From assembly GCA_002412085.1 (NCBI GenBank), contig GG745550.1, forward strand, positions 1 through 62,012: a stretch of DNA of 62,012 bases. The letters run 5' to 3'. Source of the DNA: Candidatus Parvarchaeum acidophilus ARMAN-5 (GTDB taxonomy: Archaea > Nanobdellota > Nanobdellia > Parvarchaeales > Parvarchaeaceae). This document shows, one piece after another, positions 10,134 to 20,657 of the stretch (positions are counted from its first letter, which is position 1; each line of letters opens with the position of its first letter). The notes under the pieces are model-generated. The model saw only the letters and a list, made by a program, of their open reading frames with translations. It searched no databases and had not been told where the DNA came from. A program made the translations under genes and the position numbers.

Positions 10134-11006
10134 ATGGTAAAAGGTAAAATACTGGCAGATTCTAAACTAGAACAATTAATTGATAATGGTTATTTGACGT
10201 TATCTCCTAAGTTAGAGGATTATCAGATAAGACCTGCGTCTATAGATCTAAGATTAGGAAAAATTTATGATTCTTCTGGAAAGGAGATTCCCTATGATCT
10301 TGAAGGATTATATCATTTAGAGCCAAAACATCATTATTATATGGATACTCTCGAGAGCGTAAGTACAAATATTAAAAGTAATATAAATTTCTATGTGATA
10401 CCCAGAAGTTCTTTTGGTCGTTCACTTGTAAACATATCACCAGTAGAAGGCTATCTAAAAATATCTTCAAATTTTGCTTCTAACAAACTTCTTTGTTCGA
10501 TAGAACCTGGAAATTTAGCTGTTGATATAAGAAAAGGAGACAGGATAATACAACTAGTTGGTGTAAAAGGTAATGATAACAATAATAAACGATATACTTT
10601 TCATATAGGAGATATATTGGTTCCAAAAATTGATTTGAAAGTTACTCCCACAGATGGTATAAAAGATAATGAACTCTTTTACAAATATTATGAACAAAAT
10701 ATAAAGATCTGTAGAGATACATATATAAAATGTATCTCAAAAGAGAAGGTAGATTACTCTGGTAATAATATGGCTGCTATAGCTACCTGTTACAGTATAG
10801 GATCATTAGGTCTAGTAAATAAGAGAAAAAATCTTAGTTATGTAGATCCCGGTTATTCCGGTAATCTTTTTGCTTTGATCATGGGAGAGGATTCTGAGTG
10901 CATACTGAAAGTAGGTGATAATGTCTTAGATTTAAAAGAATACAAAATATACGGAAAAGTAAAAAGAGGTTATAAAGACAGCTCTATTAAATCTCATTAT
11001 TTGTAA
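10134..11006 (+). CDS. dCTP deaminase/dUTPase-fold protein, apparently two-domain
   Basis: PASIDLRLG, PRSSFGR and GDRIIQL in the first half; VDPGYSG in the second half. Confidence 0.7.
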   Translation: MVKGKILADSKLEQLIDNGYLTLSPKLEDYQIRPASIDLRLGKIYDSSGKEIPYDLEGLYHLEPKHHYYMDTLESVSTNIKSNINFYVIPRSSFGRSLVNISPVEGYLKISSNFASNKLLCSIEPGNLAVDIRKGDRIIQLVGVKGNDNNNKRYTFHIGDILVPKIDLKVTPTDGIKDNELFYKYYEQNIKICRDTYIKCISKEKVDYSGNNMAAIATCYSIGSLGLVNKRKNLSYVDPGYSGNLFALIMGEDSECILKVGDNVLDLKEYKIYGKVKRGYKDSSIKSHYL

Positions 11007-11107
11007 AATGTAGCTGCTTTTTTATACATAATTTCATTTATTTTTTAAAAACATTAACATAGCCGGAAAATAAATTTTTATATTAGTTGACTTCCTATCT
11101 ACTTTCT

Positions 11108-12820
11108 ATGAGATCTCCAATTTGTGCGTTTTTAGGTCATGTTGATGCAGGAAAGACAAGTATAATGGACGCTATAAGAAATACAATGACTGCATACAAA
11201 GAAAGCGGAGGCCTTACCCAGAATATAGGAGTTACGGAAGTTCCTACCGAGCGAATAAAAGATATTTCTGACGACTTGCTTAAAAAATTTAATATAGACA
11301 TAAAAGTTCCAAGTATACTTTTTATAGACTCCCCAGGTCATGAAGCATTCGTTACGTTAAGAAAGAGAGGGGCATCCATAGCAGACATAGCAATACTTAC
11401 TGTAGATGTAACAGAGGGTATACAGAATCAGACAATAGAATCAATAGAGATACTAAAATCATATAAGACTCCTTTCTTAGTAGCATTAACAAAGATTGAT
11501 ACAATAAGAGGGTTTTTTAATATCAAAGACTCGTCTTTTATAGAATTTATATCAAAACAGCCAGAAAATTATAAACAGTTTCTGGATGAAAAGATATACA
11601 AACTAATAACAGATTTTTCTATCTACGGATTTCAGGCAGAAAGGTATGACAGAGTAAAAGATTTTACCAAAGAAGTGGCAATAGTACCTCTAGCATCTCC
11701 AAATGGCATAGGCATAAAAGATCTAATAGTTATGCTAATAGGGCTCAGTCAAAGGTACATTGAGTTGACAAATTCCGATAAGAACAGCGCGGCCATCCTA
11801 GAAGAAAAAAATGTAAAAGGACTAGGAAAAGTATATGATGCAATAGTATACTCAGGAAAGTTGAAGGTGGGAGATACAGTAATAACTACTACTGTAGAAG
11901 GTCCTTCTGAGAATAAAGTAAAAGGTATAATGCGCCTTATACCTCTTGAAGAAAGCAGAGAGAACTTTGGAAAGTATGAAAGTCTGCAAGAAATCGAAGC
12001 AACCACCCCTATAAGGTTGATTCTACAGGAGCCGAATGCAATGATAGGCACATCTATAAATGTTTTTTCAAATGAGCAGGAGAAGGCAGACTTAATAAAC
12101 CAAGTTAAAGATGCCATTGGTTCTACGGGCGATGAAAGCAAAGGCGTAGTAGTATGTGCAGATTCTTTGGGAAGTATAGATGCAATAAGAAAAATAGCGC
12201 AGGCACAAGGGATTGCTGTAGGTAAGACAAAAATAGGAGAGCCCTCTAAGATAGATATAACAACAGCAAGTGTAAATGGTGGGGCAATACTTTGTTTTAA
12301 CGTACCAGTATCTAAACAGACTGAATCCATATCCAACGACTATTCCGTAAAAATTATAAGTTCAAATTCAATTTACACTCTATTTGAAACATACATAAAT
12401 TTCCAACAGGAATTGAAAAATATGGGCTTGGAAAATAGGAAGAAAACATTAAGGCTTCCATCTAAATTTTTGTTCTTAAAAGGAAATATATTCCGTAGGT
12501 CTGGACCATGTGTATTCGGGGCTGAAATTCTCTTGGGTGAAATACGTCAAAATTATCCAATCATAAATGCAAAAGGTCAGAGAATAGGAAGGATATTAGA
12601 TATACAGTCTGACAAAACTAAATTATCAAATGCCATAAAAGGAGATAGGGTAGCTATAAGCATAGATGATGCTGTCTATGGCAGGAACATACTAGAAGAC
12701 GATTTATTATACACAGACATAGAGCTACCAGACATAATAAAGTTTTACGATTTAACTGAAGATTTAACAGAAGATTATTTAGAGGCTTTATCTGAGATAA
12801 GAAAGATAAAAAAGCTCTAA
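11108..12820 (+). CDS. infB: Translation initiation factor aIF5B (IF-2)
   Basis: MRSPICAFLGHVDAGKTS, GLTQNIG, DSPGHEAF..LRKRG, DSLGS. Confidence 0.95.
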   Translation: MRSPICAFLGHVDAGKTSIMDAIRNTMTAYKESGGLTQNIGVTEVPTERIKDISDDLLKKFNIDIKVPSILFIDSPGHEAFVTLRKRGASIADIAILTVDVTEGIQNQTIESIEILKSYKTPFLVALTKIDTIRGFFNIKDSSFIEFISKQPENYKQFLDEKIYKLITDFSIYGFQAERYDRVKDFTKEVAIVPLASPNGIGIKDLIVMLIGLSQRYIELTNSDKNSAAILEEKNVKGLGKVYDAIVYSGKLKVGDTVITTTVEGPSENKVKGIMRLIPLEESRENFGKYESLQEIEATTPIRLILQEPNAMIGTSINVFSNEQEKADLINQVKDAIGSTGDESKGVVVCADSLGSIDAIRKIAQAQGIAVGKTKIGEPSKIDITTASVNGGAILCFNVPVSKQTESISNDYSVKIISSNSIYTLFETYINFQQELKNMGLENRKKTLRLPSKFLFLKGNIFRRSGPCVFGAEILLGEIRQNYPIINAKGQRIGRILDIQSDKTKLSNAIKGDRVAISIDDAVYGRNILEDDLLYTDIELPDIIKFYDLTEDLTEDYLEALSEIRKIKKL

Positions 12821-13638
12821 GGCCAGGTTTTTATAGCTTTTTCATATAAATCTAAGCTATCACAAGGCAGCCATTTACCAGAGTAGATAAACCCATCAAC
12901 TACTTTTTTTTCTGCAACTTTTTCAAATGTATTTGAGATATTAGAATTTCCAGCAGGAATAAAATTAAGAAAAGAAGGACTTAATACATACACTCCTGCG
13001 TTTACAAGGTGGGAAACTTGTTCGGTCTTTGGTTTTTCTATGAACTTTACTATTTTGTTTCCTTCCAGTTCAACTACGCCAAATTGAGAAACGTTATCTC
13101 TTGAAACAAGAGCTATAGTCGCCAATGGTTTATTTTTTTTGTGGAATTCATAAATCTTATTCAGATCAAAATCAAATAGGTTGTCTCCATTCAAAACAAT
13201 AAAATCATCATGTAATAGATTCTGTTCTTTTTTTATTGCTCCACCTGTTCCCATCGGACTGGTTTCTTCGGAATATCTTATTTTAACTCCAAATTTACTT
13301 CCATCCCCAAAGTACTCTCTTATCCTGCTGCCTAAATAACCTACAGAGATTATTATATCAAGAAAATCAGCTCTCTTAAGCTGGTCTACAATATACTCTA
13401 GAATAGGTCTTCCATTAACTGGCATCATCGGTTTTGGTATTTCATATGTAAGCGGTCTTAATCTTGTACCTGATCCTCCTGCAAGTATAAATGCCATTTT
13501 ATTTTTTGTAGGCTCAAAATGACTATTTATAATTTTTTCTATAGCTATAGACCTGTTAGGTATATTAATTCCATCGATGGTGTTATCTATTCTTTCCAAA
13601 GTTTTTTTATTAATAGTAATAGTTATTCTATCTTTCAT
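12817..13638 (-). CDS. Sugar-phosphate nucleotidyltransferase with N-terminal RHH-like domain
   Basis: RITITI...RSIAIEKII, then ILAGGSGTRLRPLT..PKP, GTGG, NGD, EKP. Confidence 0.85.
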   Translation of the reverse strand: MKDRITITINKKTLERIDNTIDGINIPNRSIAIEKIINSHFEPTKNKMAFILAGGSGTRLRPLTYEIPKPMMPVNGRPILEYIVDQLKRADFLDIIISVGYLGSRIREYFGDGSKFGVKIRYSEETSPMGTGGAIKKEQNLLHDDFIVLNGDNLFDFDLNKIYEFHKKNKPLATIALVSRDNVSQFGVVELEGNKIVKFIEKPKTEQVSHLVNAGVYVLSPSFLNFIPAGNSNISNTFEKVAEKKVVDGFIYSGKWLPCDSLDLYEKAIKTWP

Positions 13639-13669
13639 ACTATTTCATATAAAATATTACTTTATAAAT

Positions 13670-14392
13670 CTATCTTGTAAGTATAGTTTCAATGGCTTCA
13701 TCAAAGTTTTTCATAAATTCTTTTTCATCATATCTCTTTGAGTTTTTTGCGCCATTTACTAATTTTGCGTAAAATTTAGAATTAGTTATTCTAATTAAAG
13801 CATTTGAAATACTTCTTTCGTTTGCGTCCACAAGTAATCCATTTTTTCCATTTTTTATAAACTCCTTTGGCCCACCTTCATTTACGGATCTTACTGGTTT
13901 TCCGTATGCAAGAGATTCCAATGGAGTTAATCCAGTATCCTCGTTTATTGATAGGAATATAGTAGCATAACATCTACTGTAAAGGTCATCAAGTTCTTTT
14001 TTATAATAATCATACATATTATGGGCAACTCTTAATGGAGTATGGCACAGCGCCACAGTCTTTTTATGCTTATTTCTTATTGTTATAGAGGCTGCTATAC
14101 CAGCTGTTGATACAATAAAAATATCATATTCTTCTAGACCTTTTATTTTTGTAGATAATAATTTTAAAAATAGCCCTAGTCCCTTACCTATAAATCCTTT
14201 ACTATTTAGTTTTCCAATAACATTTATATTATACTTATTAAACTCTTCAAATGTGCTTTTTTTATTGTAAAAGAAAGTATAAACATCACATTCATACAAA
14301 GGGTTTTCAAGGATCCGAAGGATAGTTCTTTCAACACCGCCTTTGCTTTTTATCCAAGGTACAAAAAGGGCTATTTTTATTTTTTTATTCAT
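13670..14392 (-). pseudogene. GT4 glycosyltransferase with a large in-frame internal deletion
   Basis: GGVER N-terminus and EDTGLTPLESLAYGKPV C-terminal motif in only 240 aa; HTPLR region is joined directly to ELDDLY. Confidence 0.65.
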
Positions 14393-14437
14393 AAGTATAT
14401 CTAATATTTAATACTTAAAAGATAATTATTAATATTT

Positions 14438-15148
14438 ATGTCAGCAAAAAAAGCACAATATTCTACCGAGTATGTGATAATTATAGCGATAGGTATAGGA
14501 TTGATAGCATCATTTCTATTCTATGCAGTGTTTTTCTATGGGTCATTTGCTTCTACTTCATCTGCAAATGATATAACAAATGTTGCAAGTTCAATAGCAA
14601 AGCAGGCTAATTACGTTTCTGCACAAGGAGTCGGTTCAATTCAGACATTTCCAATAACAATACCTCTGCTTGAACCACAGTATTCCTTCTTCTGTGGAGA
14701 TATAATAAAACTACAGACTACGACTGAGTTAGGAGTTGCTAGTCCTGCAGGGAACGTATCGGGTATGTTGCCACTTACTGGCGGAACTTATGTGGCTTTT
14801 GTAAAAGAAGATTATAATCAAACATTCATCGGTCTGAAATTTGCAGTCTCTTTAATAATTCAATCGGACACAATATCTGCTTCTTCAAGCAGCGAAACTC
14901 TTAATTATAATTTGAAATTTTATAATTATTCTCTAGATCCAATACCAACACCAGTAACATTTAATTTAAGTGTATTTACAACAGATGGAGTATACGTAGC
15001 AAGTTTATTAGGTTCTACATCTTCTTCTTCTCCAAATAAGATATCAGGAACTTTATCATTGCCTCTCTCTAATTTAAATCTATATGTTGTAGAAGTAACT
15101 CCCTCATCTTCTGGAGATTATGCCTCCGCATGTGTAAGCGTAAATTAA
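14438..15148 (+). CDS. Class III signal peptide (pilin-like) protein
   Basis: KKA|QYSTEY followed by a hydrophobic helix and a Ser/Thr-rich body. Confidence 0.75.
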   Translation: MSAKKAQYSTEYVIIIAIGIGLIASFLFYAVFFYGSFASTSSANDITNVASSIAKQANYVSAQGVGSIQTFPITIPLLEPQYSFFCGDIIKLQTTTELGVASPAGNVSGMLPLTGGTYVAFVKEDYNQTFIGLKFAVSLIIQSDTISASSSSETLNYNLKFYNYSLDPIPTPVTFNLSVFTTDGVYVASLLGSTSSSSPNKISGTLSLPLSNLNLYVVEVTPSSSGDYASACVSVN

Positions 15149-15238
15149 TTTTTATTGTAAAAATGCTCAGCTAAAATAACACAAGCAAGTGTATTTTATC
15201 TGTATTCCCCAATTTTTATGAGTTATCTTATTAAAATA

Positions 15239-15251
15239 GAAAGCTTTATAT
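15239..15251 (+). promoter_or_regulatory. BRE/TATA promoter of tfb
   Basis: GAAAGCTTTATATA about 30 nt upstream of ATG 15281. Confidence 0.55.
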
Positions 15252-15280
15252 ACTAATTGTGTTCTTAGTATATAAATCTT

Positions 15281-16204
15281 ATGAAAGTAGTTACTAGTAA
15301 ACATAATGCGAAATGTCCTTCCTGCGGCAGTGAGTCTGTGACATATGACAAGTCAACTGGCGAATTAGTGTGTCAGAACTGTGGATATGTAATAGAAGGC
15401 GACGCTATAGATTACGGAAGAGAATGGCGTTCTTTTGAAGATGAAAGAGATGAGGGTAAAGGAAGAATGGGCTCCCCTCTTAGTTACGCTAAATATGATA
15501 AGGGAACTAGTACAGTCATAGGAAAGGCAAGCGAATCTATAAAGCTTTCAAATGCCAATAGAAGAACTTTTTATAAGCTTAGAAAATGGCAGCCAAGAAT
15601 ATCTACAGCTTATGAGAGAAATCTTAAATTTGCTCTTACAGAATTGAGACGCGCCAGTAATCGTCTGCACGTTTCAAATATAATACAGGAAGAAGCAGCC
15701 AAAATGTACAGAGAAGCAATAACTCGAAGACTTGTTAGAGGTAGGTCTATGGAGAGCGTTATAGCCGGTGCACTTTACGCAGCAGCAAGAAAACACAACA
15801 GACCTATAACATTGGATGAGATATCAGATACTTTTGAGGTAGAAAGAAAAGAAGTAGGAAAGGCATACAGGCTCCTATGTAGAGAATTGGGAATAAAAAT
15901 ACTGCCTACTTCACCAAGCGATTACATATATAAATTTGCTTCGGAACTTAAGGTATCTAACAAAACTGTTTCCGACGCCGTAAAACTTTTAAAAGAAGCA
16001 GAGGATAAAGGTTTGACAAGTGGAAAAGGGCCAATGGGAATAGCGGCAGCAGTCCTTTATGTTTCTACGCTTATAAACAAGGAGAAAAAGACTCAGAGAG
16101 ATGCAGCAAAGGCTGCAGGTATAACAGAAGTAACTATAAGAAACAGATACAAAGAACTTTATCAAGTATTGAATCTTAAGGAAAGATTTAAGATAGACGA
16201 TTAA
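15281..16204 (+). CDS. tfb: Transcription initiation factor IIB
   Basis: Zn ribbon CPSC..CQNCG, EWRSF, RGRS, GITEVTIRNRYKEL. Confidence 0.97.
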   Translation: MKVVTSKHNAKCPSCGSESVTYDKSTGELVCQNCGYVIEGDAIDYGREWRSFEDERDEGKGRMGSPLSYAKYDKGTSTVIGKASESIKLSNANRRTFYKLRKWQPRISTAYERNLKFALTELRRASNRLHVSNIIQEEAAKMYREAITRRLVRGRSMESVIAGALYAAARKHNRPITLDEISDTFEVERKEVGKAYRLLCRELGIKILPTSPSDYIYKFASELKVSNKTVSDAVKLLKEAEDKGLTSGKGPMGIAAAVLYVSTLINKEKKTQRDAAKAAGITEVTIRNRYKELYQVLNLKERFKIDD

Positions 16205-16223
16205 AATCTTTCTTTTATTTTTT

Positions 16224-17285
16224 ATGGAGCTTTTTAAAGAAGGCAGTATTAGGTTCTATGCAGAAAACCAGCAGCTTAAAAGTGCACATGTGTTCTATAA
16301 TCCAAACAGAGAGTTTGATAGATCGTTAAACGTTCTTTTTATTAAGTCTAAATCAAAGGCAATGCTATCCGGATTGGAAATGTTTTCTGGCAGTGGTATA
16401 CGCGGTATGAGATTATGTTCCGAAACAGGCATGTTCAAATCATTTATATTCAATGATATTAAGACCTCGAATATAATCTCAAAAAATATTTCCTTAAACA
16501 AGTCATTGTTAAACTGTGATTCCATAAGCGTATCCGCAGAAAATTCAAAGTACTATAAAGCACACAATATATATGATTACATAGATATAGATCCATTTGG
16601 GTCTCCCGCCCCTTACTTAAATACAGCGTTTGAACTTTTGGGTAAGGATAGCATTTTAGCCATAAGCGCAACAGATACTGCAGCACTCTTAGGAAGCGCA
16701 CAGAGGGCATGTATGCGTAAATATATGGCGCGTTCACTCAAAACTTCGTATAGTAACGAATTGGGTATAAGGATACTAATAAAATATGTGTCTGAAATAG
16801 CAGAAAGCCATAGTCTGCACATAAAACCACTGATTTTTGACTTTAATGGGAATTTTATAAGAACATATTTCGATTTTTCATCTAGAACTAAGGGCAAAGT
16901 AGGTTACGCATATCAATGTATAAAATGTCCTTCTCGTACTATAGAGCCTAAGGATAAATGCGATTTTTGTGGTTCAAAGATGACAAAGATAGGGCCGTTA
17001 TGGCTTGGCAAGATTTATGATGTAAATACCGTTAAAAAAATGTTGAATTATCTCGATAAGAACGAAAAAAAGTTTAATCAGAATACAGATGCTCTAAAAG
17101 AGTATCTTTCCGCATTGTATAAAGAAATGAATGTTTTCTCATATTACACGACAAGCGAAATCGCTTCATTCTTTAAGAGACCAGAAGAGAAAATAAATAA
17201 ATTCAAAAACAGAACAGTGCTATCTTCAAAGGGATTCAAAACTAATCTAAGTTTTAAAGAGCTAGCTTCAAATTTAGGTTATTAA
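16224..17285 (+). CDS. trm1: tRNA (guanine26-N2)-dimethyltransferase
   Basis: VFYNP, SGSGIRGMR, DIDPFGSP, ATDTA, GPLWLG. Confidence 0.92.
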   Translation: MELFKEGSIRFYAENQQLKSAHVFYNPNREFDRSLNVLFIKSKSKAMLSGLEMFSGSGIRGMRLCSETGMFKSFIFNDIKTSNIISKNISLNKSLLNCDSISVSAENSKYYKAHNIYDYIDIDPFGSPAPYLNTAFELLGKDSILAISATDTAALLGSAQRACMRKYMARSLKTSYSNELGIRILIKYVSEIAESHSLHIKPLIFDFNGNFIRTYFDFSSRTKGKVGYAYQCIKCPSRTIEPKDKCDFCGSKMTKIGPLWLGKIYDVNTVKKMLNYLDKNEKKFNQNTDALKEYLSALYKEMNVFSYYTTSEIASFFKRPEEKINKFKNRTVLSSKGFKTNLSFKELASNLGY

Positions 17286-17533
17286 TCTAATTTTATCTCT
17301 CTATTCATTGCCTGTCCTGGTAGTCCTCTTCTAAATCTTATTACTACCTTCCCTCTATTCCCATGAGGTTTTACTACGACTCCTTTTATGGATGTCTTTG
17401 AGAATGCTATTTCAACCCTTTTTCCAATGTACTTTCCCGCTTCTTCTCTATTACTTACTTTTTCTATAGAAGCTATAGCCTGATTCATTTTCTGTGTTTT
17501 TCTTCCTCTTTTATACGATACTATTTTTGCCAT
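17282..17533 (-). CDS. rpl35ae: 50S ribosomal protein L35Ae
   Basis: SYKRG, IGKRV, HGNRGKV..RF..GLPGQA. Confidence 0.9.
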   Translation of the reverse strand: MAKIVSYKRGRKTQKMNQAIASIEKVSNREEAGKYIGKRVEIAFSKTSIKGVVVKPHGNRGKVVIRFRRGLPGQAMNREIKLD

Positions 17534-17534
17534 A

Positions 17535-18620
17535 TTAATCAACCTTCTGCATGTATTTATCCTTTATCTCTTTATCTGTCTGCTTTAATAAATCTTTGTC
17601 TATTATGGGTTTTGCTTCTCCTTTATTTTCCCTTAATTTGTCTATTATTTTGGTTATTTTTTCTATAACTTCCTTGGCTTCTTTAAGCTTTTTATCGAAT
17701 TCGGCGCCTGTTATCTCTTTGACTTCTCCATGGTCTATCTTTTTAAACCATTTTACTATTTCATCGACCTTTTCAACGTCTTCATGTGTAAGCACTTTTT
17801 CTTTTTCAACAGCTATCTCTTCAAGTTCTTTAGCGACCTGTTTTGGTACTGGTGGAAGGTAACCATACTCCATCAAAAGTGCCTGTCCCGAAGCAACTAC
17901 GGCATTGTATACATCTAAGCTCAATTTAGTGCTTAGAACGTTTTCCGCAAGCATGATTAATCCTTCTGCGCTTTCAATGTTGTTGTTTATAGACTCTTTT
18001 GTGGGTATTATATTTCCAGTTTTGTACAACATTTGTATAGGAACGAAAAATCCCGTTTCATAAACAGCTACTCCATCTCTAAGCAGTGTTAATATAACTG
18101 GATTAGGTTTTATTATAGATCCCCAAAATTCAGACAGAGGATAAGCTTGAGCATGTATTCTGTCAGAAAAATCTCTTGCTATCTCGGCCATTTTTGAGAA
18201 CAGCCTCTCACGCAATTGTTCAAGTGTAAATTTCTGTATATCAGTATCATCCACTATAAAGGCTACGTCTATGTCAGATGTGCTCGTTATGCCTGTTTTT
18301 GTTTTAGAACTTCCAAATATTACTATGGATTTTATGTATCTTCTAAATAAGCTAAGTACCCTCAGAAAATAGGCTCTTATGGCATTTGCATCCTTTGAAG
18401 GTAATACTTTCTCTAATATATCAAATGACAAACCTGCTAACTGTCCAGGAGGCTCAACAGAAGCGGCATTCTCTCCTTCTCCTATTTCTAGACCTATAAA
18501 AGAACCCATATAGTCTACTCTTTCATTTAATTCATCAATCTTCGCAGATAAGGCGTCAATTGTCGAAAAAAGCTTATTCAGCGTGGCTTCTATAGGGTTT
18601 ATATTTTCAGTTTGATGCAT
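17535..18620 (-). CDS. Minimal nucleotidyltransferase (MNT) fused to a HEPN-like helical domain
   Basis: FGS...SDIDVAFIVDD, then YNAVVASGQALLM..G..PP. GGAGGT Shine-Dalgarno supports ATG at 18620. Confidence 0.75.
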   Translation of the reverse strand: MHQTENINPIEATLNKLFSTIDALSAKIDELNERVDYMGSFIGLEIGEGENAASVEPPGQLAGLSFDILEKVLPSKDANAIRAYFLRVLSLFRRYIKSIVIFGSSKTKTGITSTSDIDVAFIVDDTDIQKFTLEQLRERLFSKMAEIARDFSDRIHAQAYPLSEFWGSIIKPNPVILTLLRDGVAVYETGFFVPIQMLYKTGNIIPTKESINNNIESAEGLIMLAENVLSTKLSLDVYNAVVASGQALLMEYGYLPPVPKQVAKELEEIAVEKEKVLTHEDVEKVDEIVKWFKKIDHGEVKEITGAEFDKKLKEAKEVIEKITKIIDKLRENKGEAKPIIDKDLLKQTDKEIKDKYMQKVD

Positions 18621-18746
18621 ATTTACCTCCGTTATGTTCAATTATGAACATTATTATTTATAAGTCTTTGTGAACTTGACTTAAAGTATATTATTCGTTT
18701 ATTATTTCTATGATAATATTTAAATCAGCAATATCTAATAAGATTT

Positions 18747-20481
18747 ATGAATATAACGGAAGTTAAAAGGCTTGCAAAAGAATTAGAGTCTCCCAAAAAG
18801 GGCGTAAATGAAATAAATGGTTATATCTCCGAATTAGAAGCCATAGGCTCAAGTGCAGAAGCACATTATAATGGACAAATAGACTTAAGATACAAATCTT
18901 CAGAAGAATTAGTGGACCCAGGTTTTGTGGGAAATCCTGCAGGCTATCACTTTACAAAGGATATATCTAAAAGGTACCATTTTCAACCAGAATATTTCTC
19001 TGTAATGCAAATGTTTGCCACCATAGGTTATAGGCCGATTAGGATAGCAGAATCAGTAGATCCTTCAGCTCTATCAAGCCTTATGAATATGGTGTTAGAG
19101 AAAAAGAAGAACTTGGAAGACAGAGTTATGCAGCTTCTGGGTAGTATAAATACCGTTCTAAAATCTCTTATAGCAATGATATATGAGCTGAAAGAACTTG
19201 ACAGAAATATCTATTTTTATGATGAATTAAAAGATACTAATAAAGAGAAGGCAGAGGCAGCAGAACTGGCTCTTAAAAGGGTTTTTTTAGATACAGTCGA
19301 TTCAAGAAAGGGTGGGGCAAGTCTTTCTGCTCTTTCTCGTTCTCCTACACAAGGCCAGGGTGGCCCTGGATTTATAGATATAATGTCGGTTTTTTATCAG
19401 GTAAAGAGCTTAAAAGAGGTTTCGCAGATTGATAGAAATGAGCAGTATAAAAACATACTTAAAAACAGATACATAGAATATGAGAAATGGAAAGAGATAA
19501 ACGGCAATGATCTAAAAAGCAGGAAGAGTATTCTTTTGCAGTATCTGAAAAGCCAAATGGGCTCCTTTAATCTTTATGTTGATTGGTGTTCCACATATCT
19601 TTCTCTTCTTTCAAAAATGGGATTTAATACGGCCACGAACGCGCAACAATATATGACTGGTGCATCAAAACCTGATACCTTCGAAAACGAATCATTTTCA
19701 GTAACTTCCGTGGGTTTTAAACAAGTATATTCCGGAGAGTATGACGTGGAATACACCAAACTATTCAAGAACAAAGGTCCGGAAATACCAATAAATGTGG
19801 AACCTAAGAGTCTCGGCGGAAGTCTGCTTTCTAGAGGTTATGAAGAAAATAAGAGGTCTTACATATACAATCGAATCAAAAAGTATGGTCCTATGGTTTA
19901 TTCACTTATTAAACTTAAGATGGATTTTAAAGAAAAGCCCAGTAAGGAACCTATACAACCCCCATATGAAGGAACTTTGTACTTTAATATATCTCCGTAT
20001 AGTTTTACACCGGAAGAGTTCTTTCTATATCAAAAAGCGAATCTGGTAAAGATACAAAAAACAGTTTTTGCCGCTGTAGACCAGACAGTATTTAGGTCGC
20101 TTAATGTAATAAAAGCAGACCTTGATAAGTATGTTGCAGAAGCCGAGAAAGAAGAAGCGGAAAAAAATAAACCAAAGAAGCAACAGAAAGAATACGCAAT
20201 TTTTGATATATATCGTTCTTTCAAGGAAGATTTTACGGGTATATCAAAGACATTTTCAGAATTTTCTAATTCTACAGAAAAGCATAAGCAAACTCTAAGT
20301 GAAGACGAAGCAGAGATAATATACTATGCTACTGAATTCAAAGCATTTTTCACGCTCAACTATAAAGTCAGCTTTAGAGTTAGGTTTGTTTGTGGCAAAT
20401 AAAGATTCTGCGTATATATACGATGAGTCAAAGAAGAGAGTTGGTCTTCTAAATTGGAAGCCGCCTTTTTCGGTTAACTGA
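18747..20481 (+). CDS. Large alpha-helical hypothetical protein (frameshift near 20340)
   Basis: 551-aa ORF; alternate frame continues KHFSRSTIKSALEL...YIYDESKKRVGLLNWKPPFSVN* to TGA 20479-20481. Confidence 0.7.
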
Positions 20482-20483
20482 TT

Positions 20484-20657
20484 ATGAACAAAAAAGGACA
20501 GATGCCTATTACCGAGATAATTGCGATAATACTAGCTATAATAGTATTATTTGCCGGGATTGTGATAGCTTTAATATTCTCTGGAGCAGCTACGACTATA
20601 GGGAAAGATATAACAAATGTTTTCTCATTCAGCTGGCTTTTTGGTAAGGGGTTATGA
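20484..20657 (+). CDS. 57-aa mini pilin-like protein (class III signal peptide)
   Basis: Hand translation: MNKKG|QMPITEIIAIILAIIVLFAGIVIALIFSGAATTIGKDITNVFSFSWLFGKGL*. Confidence 0.8.
   Translation: MNKKGQMPITEIIAIILAIIVLFAGIVIALIFSGAATTIGKDITNVFSFSWLFGKGL

Noticed and set aside
11749..12336. Long antisense ORFs (also 43040-43516, 51875-52474, 59476-59874)
   Set aside because: Shadows of well-supported genes on the opposite strand; no motifs of their own.
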